Positions 40,420 through 52,651 of a stretch of 64,000 nucleotides of DNA are shown here, piece by piece. Under the pieces are notes generated by a model. The model did no database searches and was not told where the DNA came from. It saw nothing but the letters and a program-made list of their open reading frames with translations. Within the stretch, counting starts at the first letter, position 1. The number at the start of each line of letters is the position of its first letter. Source of the DNA: Eledone cirrhosa (Eukaryota); NCBI GenBank assembly GCA_964016885.1, contig OZ024743.1, forward strand, positions 236,282,001 to 236,346,000, given 5' to 3'. The position numbers and the translations under genes are program-made.

Positions 40420-41586
40420 CATCTATATATCCCTCTCTCTCTATATAAATATATATCCCTCTCTCTCTATATATATATATCCCTCTCTCTCTTTATATAC
40501 ATATATCCCTCTCTCTATATATATATACCCTACTCTCTCTATATATCCCTCTCTCTACATATATATATATCCCTCTCTCTACATATATATCCCTCTCTCT
40601 CTATATATATATCCCTCGCTCTCTATATGTATCCCTCTCTCTATATATATATCCCTCTCTCTATATATATACCTCTCTCCCTATATATATATCCCTCTCT
40701 CCCTATATATATATCCCTCGCTCTATATATATATCCCTCTCTCTATATATATACATCCCTCTCTCTCTATATATATATATATCCCTCTCTCTATATATAT
40801 ATCCCTCTCTCTCTATATATCCCTCTCTCTCTATATATATCCCTCTCTCTACATATATATATATCCCTCTCTCTACATATATATCCCTCTCGCTATATAT
40901 ATATATATCCCTCTCTATATATATATCCCTCTCTCTACATATATATCCCTCTCGCTATATATATATATATCCCTCTCTCTATATATATACCTCTCTCTAT
41001 ATATATATCCCTCGCTCTCTATATATATTCCTCTCTCTCTATATATATATATCCCTCTCTCTATATATACTTCTCTCTCTATATATATATCCCTCTCTCT
41101 CTATATATATATACCTCTCTCTCTATATATATACCCCTCTCTCTCTCTATATATATATACCTCTCTCTCTCTATATATATACCTCTCTCTCTATATATTT
41201 CCCTCTCTCTCTATATATACCCCCTCTCTCTCTATATATATCCCTCTCTCTCTATATATATCCCTCTCTCTCTCTATATATATCCCCCTCTCTCTATATA
41301 TATCCCTCTCTATATATATATATATCCCTCTTTCTATATATATATCCCTCTCTCTATATATATATATCCCTCTCTCTCTATATATATCCCTCTCTCTCTA
41401 TATATATACCCCTCTCTCTATATATATATCCCTCTCTCTATATATATATCCCTCTCTATATATATACATCCCACTCTCTCTATATATATATATCCCTCTC
41501 TCTCTATATATATATATATCCCTCTCTCTATATATATTTATATCCCTCTCTCTATATATATATACCCCTCTCTCTATATATATATT
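40420..41586. repeat. Compound (CT)n(AT)n minisatellite
   Basis: atccctctctctctatatatat units; gives the spurious 325 aa ORF. Confidence 0.95.
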
Positions 41587-41701
41587 TTCCACCAAAATGG
41601 CTGACTAAATACGCAAGTGTGTTTCTTTCTCAAATTCTTTTTCTCGTTCCTTCCTCTTCTCATTCTCTATATTTCTATTTCATCTTTTATTTCTCATTCT
41701 A

Positions 41702-41737
41702 TCTTCTGATGAATGACTAGTGTACGAAACATGAAGA
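41702..41737 (+). ncRNA. Decayed hammerhead ribozyme (family A)
   Basis: TCTT-CTGATGA-ATGAC TAGT GTAC-GAAAC ATG-AAGA; weakened stem II and G at the cleavage position, so probably inactive. Confidence 0.65.
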
Positions 41738-41855
41738 CACCTTTCCTGATATATCAAGTGTTAAATTAATATATTTATTCATTGTATTGTGTTGCTTGCT
41801 TTGTTATATCTGTTTGCTTTTTTGCATACATATTTATATATATATATATACTGTA

Positions 41856-41952
<97 letters not shown>

Positions 41953-42076
41953 GTATGTATGCATATATACATTCCCACGTATCCACACCACACAAAAACA
42001 CACACACCCACGTGCGTATCCTCACATACACCTACTCGGTCTCCGGACTCCGCACGTCCCCTCCCCGACACACACA

Positions 42077-42103
42077 CTGATGAAGGGCTTATGCCTAAAT
42101 GTC
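42077..42103 (+). ncRNA. Hammerhead remnant
   Basis: CTGATGA-A-GGGC TTAT GCCT-AAATGTC (G of GAAA lost), overlapping an 18-bp hairpin at 42097-42139. Confidence 0.45.
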
Positions 42104-42182
42104 CCACCCCATTCTCAATCATGAATGGGGTGGGACATTTGTACTTCACACTTCGTTATTGTTTTTGTTTTTTGTTTTTTAC

Positions 42183-42224
<42 letters not shown>

Positions 42225-42870
42225 GAAAGGTATAGAAAGTATTGTAGCAAGAAGCCAACAGTATTCCACAATATATAAGTGACTATAGCGTCAAAATGGG
42301 AAAATAGTTAACGTAAGATGTGGGAAAAATAATTCAAACTCAATTCAAAAAGAATCAGGATATAGATTTATCCAACAGAATTTAGTGAAATCCAGGGAAA
42401 AACCAATAGAGCCTTAACTCATGATAAAATAAAGTTTAAAATACTCATCCTTCAATTTGGGACAACTACAAATGCTCTGTATAGTCTTGAAAAAGACTAT
42501 TTCACGAAAACTTTCAGTGGAGATGGTCACGGTTGGAATACGATCATCAGCAGAGCTCAACACGATATATATATATATATATATATATATCGTGTATAGG
42601 TATACTTTATTATGTGTGGTTGTTACTCTATATATTTTACTGTGAGGTATACTATACTGTCTGAGGTTGTTACTGTATATATTTCACTGGGGTATACTAT
42701 GTGAAATGGTTGGAAGCCCCATCTTCCGAGTTCCGAGTTCCTAATTCTTTCTACAGAGCTTAGAAAAACTGAAGGACCGCTGCAATAAGAGTGTGAATCT
42801 GAGAGGGGAATATGTTGAATAAAATTATAATTAACTGATCCTCCTGTATTTTCTTTTACCCAAACCCTCG

Positions 42871-42922
<52 letters not shown>

Positions 42923-43124
42923 TATGTACACGTACATACATATATGTATACAGACGTACAGTAGTATGTATATATATATACATACATGTACACACATATA
43001 TATATACGTATGGATTCACCGAACATTTATTATAATGCTCGGTGTGTTTGTAAACAAACATCCCATATTAACCCGTAGTGTCCAGCAACCATCGTTGCTC
43101 GTTTGTTCAACACTGACAAAGGAA

Positions 43125-43165
43125 CGCTGTACTAGTTTCAAGCTTATTAGCTATCGTCAGCAACG
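43125..43165 (-). ncRNA. Minimal hammerhead ribozyme (antisense copy)
   Basis: Exact reverse complement of 43377-43417. Confidence 0.88.
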
Positions 43166-43376
43166 TATACCTTCCTGCCAGATTGTTGAACGTATATACT
43201 CACCTTATGCATATTAACGGCTGAGTAGACCAATTTGCATATCGAGTGGGTTAATCGGCCGGGTGCACCGAAAACGATAAACGGAAAAAATGAAACTCGA
43301 TATGCAAATTGGGCTACTCAGCCGTTAATATGCATAAGGTAAGTATATACGTTCAACAATCTGGCAGGAAGGTATA

Positions 43377-43417
43377 CGTTGCTGACGATAGCTAATAAGC
43401 TTGAAACTAGTACAGCG
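43377..43417 (+). ncRNA. Minimal hammerhead ribozyme
   Basis: CGTTG-CTGACGA-T-AGCT AATA AGCT-T-GAA-ACTAGT-A-CAGCG; palindromic stem III; GUA cleavage after 43412. Confidence 0.9.
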
Positions 43418-43800
43418 TTCCTTTGTCAGTGTTGAACAAACGAGCAACGATGGTTGCTGGACACTACGGCTTAATACGGGATGTTTGTTTACAAACACAC
43501 CGAGCATTATAATAAATGTTCGGTGAATCCATACGTACATATATATATGTGTGTGTGCATGTATGTATATATATATACATACTACTGTACGTCTGTATAC
43601 ATATATGTATGTACGTGTACATACTTATATTTAAGTAACAGCCGTACTAAGAGTGGGAAATGAAATTTCGTTTCATTTTTTCCGTTTATCGTTTTCGGTG
43701 CACCCGGCCGATTAACCCACTCGATATGCAAATTGGGCTACTCAGCCGTTAATATGCATAAGGTAAGTATATACGTTCAACAATCTGGCAGGAAGGTATA

Positions 43801-43841
43801 CGTTGCTGACGATAGCTAATAAGCTTGAAACTAGTACAGCG
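43801..43841 (+). ncRNA. Minimal hammerhead ribozyme (tandem copy)
   Basis: Identical to 43377-43417; cleavage after 43836. Confidence 0.9.
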
Positions 43842-44539
43842 TTCCTTTGTCAGTGTTGAACAAACGAGCAACGATGGTTGCTGGACACTACGGGTTAATA
43901 CGGGATGTTTGTTTACAAATTTTTAGAAAATTAACCAGGGAGAACGATAAATAGTGGACCAATAACGTTTAAGTAAGTAAATCTAGACGGATATAAATTG
44001 TGAAAAAATGTGATAAATCTATGTGGTCTGAGAAAGTGGGTATGTTTTGCAAGATTTTGTGTACCAGTCAAATTTCAGGTTTTAAGTTAGGGGCAACGCA
44101 GCGTACGGACTACCTGTGATAAAGGAAATTAAATAGTGTAGCTACAGTGGTAGGTATATAAGTGTCAGTATGTTTGTTCAGTTCGAACATAACAATAATT
44201 AAGTACTAACCATTGAAAGGATACAGGTAAAAATGGCCGAAAGATCACTGCATGATAAACTGGAACCTTATGGTCATAAACACATTAACTAAACCTCCTT
44301 TAAGGTGACAAATGTTGAAGAAGCATGCGTTTCAGAAACATAGGGTAGCTTATGAAAGTACGCATGTAAAAAAAATCTACCATTTGTTAAAAGCCAAAAA
44401 AGAAGTGTGATCCTAGGTCGGACTTGACCGATATAAATAGGAGTGATTTCGCTCAATGAACAACACTCGAGTTGTCTGATTGATTAGATAATACAAATGA
44501 ATGTGATTAAATCTACTGAACACAACTCACTGATATGTG

Positions 44540-46012
44540 GTTGGCCAGAGGTCGCCATTTCGCACTTAATTGAGGTGCAATTAAACGGGGGAGACAACCG
44601 GGTGCAAAAACTAATCAATCATTCGCACAGTTTAGGCATGAGTGTGAAATAGCACAATCCATATAAAGTAGGCGTTAAAATTTACACCTGGGTTAAATCG
44701 CGCTTTCTTGGTTAGGAGTATGAAATGACGCCAAAGTTCAAGGTAAAAATTTAACTCCCTATTCTGCACTTAATTGTGATGCAATTACATGGGGGAGACA
44801 ACCGGGTGCAAATTAAATTCAATCATCCTAAAGTTAACTAAACAAACTAAAGTTAAGTCAGGGCGATTTAAAAATTCGCTACTCCATTTGTAGGACATGA
44901 GTAACCGATACGTCAACTTTCGTTTAAATTGACTTTTATTTCCAGAAGTTGAAATGCTTTGCTGCGCCCATAATATGAACTTTAAAAGTGGTCCAAAGGG
45001 GCTCACTGCTCTCCCTTGCAAAATTCAAGTGATAACGAATGTGTGATGCTTTATCTTATGGCAGGCAATAACCACTTCGTTTAGTTTTTGTAAGAATCAA
45101 GTATAAAATCCCGAGGTTATGGTGCTTTTTTATTGTGGCAGTTTGAACTTTTATAGGTTAATGAATTGGGCTCATTGTCCCCGAGGGGGTTCTCTTGCTG
45201 AATTGAAATGAAAGTAAATGTGCCTCACTGTATCTGTAGTACATGAATAACAATTATCGAAGCTATAACGCTTAGGCTGCATTACAATAGCCAAATTCAA
45301 TAAATGACTCGCCGGGGCTTACTGCTCCCTAGGGGTCCCCTTATTGTTCCGGGTATAGACAGTGTCTTCAACATCATCTTTAGGCAATGGGTAACCAATG
45401 TGTCCGGTAAAGTTAAAATCGAACGTAAACTTCAAAAGTTATCAGGTACTAATACAGTGTTAATGTGAACTCCAATAGATAAGTTGAAGGGGATTACTTC
45501 CCCCACCCCAGGGGGCTTTTGATAAGTTCAAGTAAAAGTTCATGTGTTCACCTTCCTTTATAAGCCATGGGTAACCAATACGTCTCGCTACATGAAAACC
45601 AAACACCAACTCAAGCAGTTATGACGTTTTGTTGCATTGATGATATCAACTTCAACATTCATCAAGTCGGTTTACTGCCCCCCAAGGGGTCCCCTACCTG
45701 AATTTCTGCGCAAGTGCATGCCTGCATATTTATTTGTAGGCCATAAGAAAACAAAAGATTAATTTTTGTGAAGATTGGAGTCAAACTGCAGGAATTATGG
45801 GGTCTTTATGCAGTAGTACTGCTGACTCCAAGCGAGAGGTTTAAGGGGAATATCTGCCCCTTTTTGGCCCCACAATAGATTATGGAAAAATAAAATAGCC
45901 TACGGCGCGTATAGGACATCAGAAACCTATGTAGGAAATTTAGTGCAAATCGGTTGTAAAATGTAGAAATGCAGGCGGTTACACAAACAGACAGATTGAC
46001 ATCTCCTGTTAT
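44540..46012 (-). mobile_element. Probable non-autonomous Helitron-like element with diverged internal repeats of about 170 bp
   Basis: Right end reads (reverse complement) tatataa...atctgtctgtttgt...ccgatttgcactaaattt, like Helitron-N 5' ends. Recurrent ggggcttactgctcccc/aggggtcccc motifs. Left boundary uncertain. Confidence 0.45.
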
Positions 46013-46242
46013 ATATATATATGCATATATATATATATGTGTGTGTGTGTGCGTATGCGCGTGTGTGTGTGTATATATATGTGTGTGTGTGTATGTATAT
46101 AAATATATATATAATTTTTTTAAAAATATATATAATGATATAATGTTTTGATTAGGTGTATGTCTCGAAAGTATGAGGAGATATAGAGCAGGTGTAGTGA
46201 CTGATAATTGAGTGTTGATATCATAATAGCAGAATATGTTGT

Positions 46243-46358
46243 TGTAATTGACTATGTTATGATTTGTAAGTTATAGTTTTTGTAATTGACTATGTTATGA
46301 TTTGTAAGTTATAGTTTTTGTAATTGACTATGTTATGATTTGTAAGTTATAGTTTTTG
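46243..46358. repeat. 38-bp tandem repeat, three copies
   Basis: gtaattgactatg at 46244, 46282 and 46320. Confidence 0.9.
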
Positions 46359-46954
46359 TTATTTTAGTGGTAACTAATAGAGACATACACTCATGTATGT
46401 GTGGCTATCAATTTCATTTACTAAAAGGTCTTTAATAGATTTTTTTATTTTTCTAATTCTACTTTATTTGTGTGGGTAGAACCATGGTGTTAATAGAACA
46501 GGTGTTAATAGAACCATTACTTGCTTTATTGAATTAATTGGTATATCGTTTATAGAGAGGCGGCGTTAGAAGGTCGGATAGAGTGCCTTGTGGCATTCCT
46601 TTCAGCTCTCTGAGTTCAATCCCGCCGAGGTCAACTTGGCCTATCGAGGTCCAACACCAAAGATACCAGTCTAGTACTGGGGTTGATTCTTCGTTTACAT
46701 ATCTTTCTCGCTTTCATTCTCTCTCACTCTCTATCCTTCTCCGGGAGAGGTTTGCTGTATTCAGATCTGGGGAGGAGACATGCTCCGCCAGGTTTTAAAA
46801 TACCTGAGAGACACCGTATGTCAATGCGGTCTCTACAGCTCCGCTAGGAGTTACGACACCATACATTATTTAAACTAGGAGCCTCGTCCAGGGAGTGAGG
46901 GTGGTGAGTTGCAGTCGGAGTCTGACAATCTATGCCAGAGTTATAGAATGATGG

Positions 46955-47212
46955 ACTTCGGTCGCTCTCCGACAGATTTGCGGTCGTACCCTTGGCAGTG
47001 GAGACTTCTGGTGTCCTCGGCCCTAGGGCTACCTCCCTACTCACCACTATAGGCGCTGAGCTGGCCAGCCGTAGGTATGAGCCTCGCGAGCTGGAATGGC
47101 TTTTCCAGCGCGTCTCCCTTGCCGTCCTCCGGGGAAACGCCTTCTCCATTCTGTCCACCGGGGCTGTGGGGAGGCCACCAATATGATTGACTGACTTGTC
47201 ATTTTATCAGTC
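46955..47212 (+). mobile_element. CRE-clade retrotransposon 3' end
   Basis: PLAVETSGVLGP...WLFQRVSLAVLRGNAFSIL; 3' UTR hairpin tgactgacttgtcattttatcagtca shared with 29530. Confidence 0.85.
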
Positions 47213-47360
47213 AGATGTTTTTAGACATCACCCAGTTAAATACGATGTCTCTTGTTCAATAACACAAACGTTAGATAGTTGTATGAACTCTGTATTGTAA
47301 TAAACTATGATCAGGTGACGATGTTTTTGTTTTCTCTTGTTTCAATTCGTTTCTTAAAGC

Positions 47361-47682
47361 GAGGTATACTTTACTATGTGAGGTTGTTACTCTATATATT
47401 TCACTGTGAGGTATACTGTACTGTCTGAGGTTGTTACTCTATATATTTCACTGTGAGGTATACTGTACTGCCTGAGGTTGTTACTCTATATATTTCACTG
47501 TGAGGTATACTGTACTGTCTGAGGTTGTTACTCTATATATTTCACTGTGAGGTATACTGTACTGCCTGAGGTTGTTACTCTATATATTTCACTGTGAGGT
47601 ATACTGTACTGTCTGAGGTTGTTACTCTACATATTTCACTGTGAGATATACTGTCTGAGGTTGTTACTCTTTATATTTCACT
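47361..47682. repeat. 47-bp tandem repeat, about 6.5 copies
   Basis: gtgaggtatactgtactgtctgaggttgttactctatatatttcact; a related short array lies at 42595-42700. Confidence 0.92.
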
Positions 47683-47815
47683 CCACTGCACCTCATTATA
47701 GTAGTTCTGGGAGTTACTATGGAATATTTGCTTCATCTGCTGATATCTTAGATATGCTAACAGATATATTTCTAATTATAATTGTAAATATGTAGGTTAT
47801 AGTTTCATGTAGTTT

Positions 47816-49708
47816 ATGGAACTGTGTCACTCTTTTGTGGAGGTGTGTCACATTGTTGTAGAACTATGTCACAATGTGGTGGAACTGTGTCACAATGTTG
47901 TGGAGCTGTGTCACACTGTAGTGGAGTTGTGTCACACTGTAGTGGAGTTGTGTCACAATGTTGTGGAGCTGTGTCACGCTGTTGTGGAGCTGTGTCACAA
48001 TTTTGTGGAGCTGTGTCACACTGTTGTGAAGTTGTGTCACACTGTTGTGAAGCTGTGTCACACTGTTGTGGAGCTGTGTCACACTGTTATGGAGTTGTGT
48101 CACAATGTTGTGGAACTGTGTCACACTGTTGTGGAGCTGTAACACACTGTTGTGGAGGTGTGTCACAATCTTGTGGAGCTGTGTCACATTGTTGTGGTGT
48201 TGTGTGACACTGTTGTGGAGCTGTGTCACACTGTTGTGGAACTGTGTCACACTGTTGTGGAGCTGTGTCACACTGTTGTGGAGTTGTGTCACAATGTTGT
48301 GGAGCTGTGTCACACTGTTGTGGAGCTGTGTCACACTGTTGTGGGGCTATAATACTGTAGTGGAGTTGTGACACACTGTACTGGAGCTGTGTCACACTGT
48401 ACTAGAGCTATAACACTGTAGTGGAGCTATAACACTGTAGTGGAACTGTGTCACACTGTAGTGGAGCTATAACACTGTAGTGGAGCTGTGTCACACTGTA
48501 CTAGAGCTATAACACTGTAGTGGAGCTGTGTCATACTGTAGTGGAGCTATAACACTGTAGTGGAGCTGTGTCACACTGTACTAGAGCTATAACACTGTAG
48601 TGGAGCTGTGTCATACTGTAGTGGAGCTATAACACTGTAGTGGAGCTGTGTCATACTGTAGTGGAGCTATAACACTGTAGTGGAGCTGTGTCATACTGTA
48701 GTGGAGCTATAACACTGTAGTGGAGCTGTGTCAAACTGTAGTGGAGCTGTGTCACATTGTAGTGGAGCTATAACACTGTAGTGGAGCTGTGTCACACTGT
48801 AGTGAAGCTATAACACTGTAGTGGAGCTGTGTCACACTGTAGTGGAGCTATAACACTGTAGTGGAGCTGTGTCACATTGTAGTGGAGCTATAACACTGTA
48901 ATGGAGCTGTGTCACACTGTAGTGGAGCTATAACACTGTAGTGGAGCTGTGTCACACTGTAGTGGAGCTATAACACTGTAGTGGAGCTGTGTCACACTGT
49001 AGTGGAGCTGTGTCACATTGTAGTGGAGCTATAACACTGTAGTGGAGCTGTGTCACACTGTAGTGGAGCTATAACACTGTAGTGGAGCTGTGTCACACTG
49101 TAGTGGAGCTGTGTCACACTGTAGTGGAGCTGTGTCACATTGTAGTGGAGCTATAACACTGTAGTGGAGCTGTGTCACATTGTAGTGGAGCTATAACACT
49201 GTAGTGGAGCTGTGTCGCACTGTAGTGGAGCTGTGTCACACTGTAGTGGAGCTGTGTCACATTGTAGTGGAGCTATAACACTGTAGTGGAGCTGTGTCAC
49301 ACTGTAGTGGAGCTATAACACTGTAGTGGAGCTGTGTCACACTGTAGTGGAGCTATAATACTATAGTGGAGCTATAATACTGTAGTGAAGCTATAACACT
49401 GTAGTGGAGCTGTATCACACTGTAGTGGAACTAAGACACACTGTTGTGGAACTATGTCACACTGTAGTGGAACTATAACACTGTTGTGGAGCTGTGACAC
49501 ACTGTTGTGCAGCTTTGTCACACTGTAGTGGAGCTATGACACTGTTGCAGTGGAGCTGTCACACTGTAGTGGAGCTATAAGACTGTTGTGGAGCTGTAAC
49601 ACACTGTTGTGGAGCTATAATACTGTAGTGGAGTTGTGACAGACTGTTGTGGAGCTGTGTTACACTGTACTGGAGCTATGAGACTGTTGCAGTGGAGCTG
49701 TGTCACAC
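47816..49708. repeat. 21-bp/19-bp minisatellite
   Basis: gtggagctgtgtcacactgt(t/a) and gtggagctataacactgta units. Confidence 0.95.
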
Positions 49709-49711
49709 TAA

Positions 49712-50491
49712 TCTATATATATAAAACTGTGGTTGTCTGTCTGTCTATCGATTTTTGGCACACATCTCCTCTTAGAATCTCTCACGGAATTGCACCGAAA
49801 TTGCTATACTTGTACATTGAGCCCTAGCGAAGACATCGGAAAAAAAAATTTCAAATTGACCCACCCTATGTGACGAAATCGAATATAATGTATCGATTTT
49901 TGAGCGTAAGTTATCAGTTATTTCCCTTTGTTCTGTTTACATTGAGCGTCTTACGTAAAAAATTACGCTGGCTTTAACAGTTGTCGAGCCAGCAAAATAT
50001 TGACCTGCAAAATTCATCAGTTCGAACACTAAGCTTCCGTTTTGCTTCATTTCCATTTAAAAGCATTTTAAAACAATATTTTTACTTGAAAACAAGTCTA
50101 TTTAAAGACTACGTAAAACAAGCAAATATTTCAGGCGTGCAGACAGACAGTCGTGCAGAGAGGTGATATAGGCGTGCAGACAGAGATAACTGATAATTTG
50201 GTTACGCTAATGTTTTTCTCTGCGTTGCAGTGTTTACATTTTCGATCTTTGTTAATAAATAACCAGTGCAGTTTTTATCCCCAGCATCCTCTTTTGTTAT
50301 AACATTCGGGTTATCGTTATGTTTTCTTAACTTCATAAGGCATATTGTTGGTTGAGGGAATATTAATCAAAAACACCACATGCAAATCTGCACAGTAGAC
50401 ATTACAGTTTTTAAGCCAAAAAAGAAACTTAACATTGTAACTTTAACACAGCTACTGAGCGACCCCGAGCAACGCCGGGCTTTACTGCTAG
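49712..50491 (+). mobile_element. Non-autonomous Helitron, complete
   Basis: 5' TC (tctatatatataa...gtctgtctgtc), 3' hairpin cccgagcaacgccggg followed by CTAG, inserted between A and T. Confidence 0.85.
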
Positions 50492-51214
50492 TAAATGATA
50501 AAAGTAAAGTGAACTTACCAGTTTTTGTTTGAGTCCACAACACAACATTTACTGTAACAATGGCGGAGTATTTCTGTTAAGAAAGCCTGAAATGTCAGCC
50601 GTTCCTTGAAATATATTCTTATTATTATTTTACTGTCGAACAAAGTAACAAAACGCATAAATTATCTCTATTGAACAGTTGAAACTGAAACAGAGATGTA
50701 ACCCCTTGAGGCGGAACAAAGTGGGTTATTACTTTAATGTAAGAACTAGACAAGTTCCAGCATATCAGCAGATGTATGGTTCGACTCACATATGTGATTA
50801 TTCAAATATTTCCACCTGAAAAGGGTATATTCAATAACGATAGTTAATACATCATGGCAATATGTTCGGTAAGAAAACATACTCACCCTGACATGTCAAT
50901 CTTACTACACACTTCCAAGACATTCTATTTATTTATATAATTAAGAGATGTCATTGCAGAACGTTATTGAGTTAACAAAATGAGTTGCGATGCCAAAAGG
51001 TTGGGAAATTGTAGGTTTTAGAATATTTCTCAAAATAACTATTTGTCATAAATTTGAGAGATATGGGCTTGTCGTTAGAATGTCTCTGGAAAGAATGGCA
51101 GGAGTCACTCCAGGTAGAGCTGAACAATAAAGACAATCATATTTTAATTTGTTAATTATTCTAAAAAAAAAACATCATTCTCAAAAATCAATGTGTCAAT
51201 TAGAAATACTGGAA

Positions 51215-51558
51215 TGGTGTAAGGTTACACGATAGAGTGTGTAGCTCAGAGATGAGAGAGTCACTCCAGGTAGAACTGTTACTTCTCTAAATCGTGAGAT
51301 CACAGCTCCGATACTATGGACATGTGGTTAGAATGTCTCAGGAAAGAATCGCTGGACAGATTTTACGGGCAAAACCAACCAGCAGGAGACCCAGGGGTAG
51401 ATCCTGAGCAAGACGGTTGGATAACATTCGTGAACTTTACTGATCTCATTTGGGGATCCAGCCGAATCAGTTGGAGATGGTTGCTTCAGGAAGAAGAAGA
51501 AGAAGAAGAAGAAGAAGAAGAAGAAGAAGAAGAAGAAGAAGAAGAAGAAGAAGAAGAG
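51215..51558 (+). mobile_element. RTE LINE 3' fragment with (GAA)n tail (38.3-kb family)
   Basis: SQLRYYGHVVRMSQERIAGQILRAKPTSRRPRGR followed by (GAA)n. Confidence 0.85.
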
Positions 51559-52279
51559 TCATTAGGGCTTCAGAAAGAATGATTTGAATGAAGTATTTGT
51601 TTTGGTTCTCAGTGCCCTGAGTTCAAATCCCGCCGAGGTCAGCTTAGCCTTTCATTCTCTTGGGGTTCATAAATAAGTATAAGTCCACTAGCGGAGGATT
51701 GACTGAATTGTATAAGCCCCAGATGTATCTGTTCAAATTCTGCATCCTATCACCGACGAATCGGCTCCTTTCTTCTGTCGGGAGTTGTGTTAGTTAGTAT
51801 TAGCAATGGAAAGACCAATGGAAACATTGTTTTCCTGGTTCGATCTGACAATCAGTTCCTTTCTTCTGTCAGGAGTTGTGTTAGTTAGTATTAGCAATGG
51901 AAAGACCAATGGAAACATTGTTTTCCTGGGTCAATCTGGAAAATGTTTTAGCTTTTTCCTTTCTAAAAGTGACACGTTGATTCCGTTGCTGAAAACCAAA
52001 TATCCGATGATTATCTCCAGCTAATCAGGAAGACTTCTTTCATTTCTATAAAAGAGAAATATATTTAAAAAATGGTAAGACCTTAAGACCTCCGTGGTTA
52101 CAACATTCATCATTCTGTCAACTGAGGCCATGAACCTCTCTTAATAAAAACTAATACCAGTAACAACATAATTACAAACCTAAAAACTGTTGTATTGTTG
52201 TTTTTGAGGTTTAACCCTAGGTAAGCCCTGATCAAGCAGGCCTATGATCATAGTCATTTCAACCATGACAACCCTGTCT

Positions 52280-52651
52280 CAGACCTGTCAACTCTCCCCG
52301 TCCAACAGGGAGATCTCCCAACCACTTTGGGGTGGGTATAGCTTTCATTATATAAAAGGGTGGTGGATTGGCAGTATCAGTAGAGGGTCGGACGCCATGG
52401 TTTGTCGCATAGAGTTACGGCCCTTTATGATCTGAGTTCAAATCCCGCCGAGATTGACTTTGCCTTTCATCCTTACGGGTCGATAAAATAAAGTACCAGT
52501 CACGCACTGGGGTCAATTTCATTGACTTTTCCCTTCCCCCCAAACTACTGGCCTTGTGCCTATATAAGAAACCATTATATAAAATCTCACCATTTTGCCT
52601 CATTTCTCCCTGTTTTCGGAGCCCTTGGGGTTTTAGAGGTTGGCAGGTCTG
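52280..52651. mobile_element. MITE with nested Nin SINE (inverted copy of 12758-13136)
   Basis: TIRs cagacctgtcaac / gttggcaggtctg. Confidence 0.7.

Larger units (their letters stand above)
42919..43919. mobile_element. Penelope-pLTR/retrozyme-like locus: one inverted unit plus two tandem units
   Basis: 42919-43245 is the reverse complement of 43297-43630; 43670-43919 repeats the unit in direct orientation. Copies are near-identical. Confidence 0.85.

Noticed and set aside
40627-41604. 325 aa ORF and all IYIY/CVCV/HTHT ORFs
   Set aside because: Dinucleotide microsatellite artefacts.
47816-48395. Heptad or Cys/His-rich repeat protein (VVELCHT, TQLHNSV)
   Set aside because: A 21-bp minisatellite open in several frames on both strands that degrades into stop-containing units; no splice or start context.
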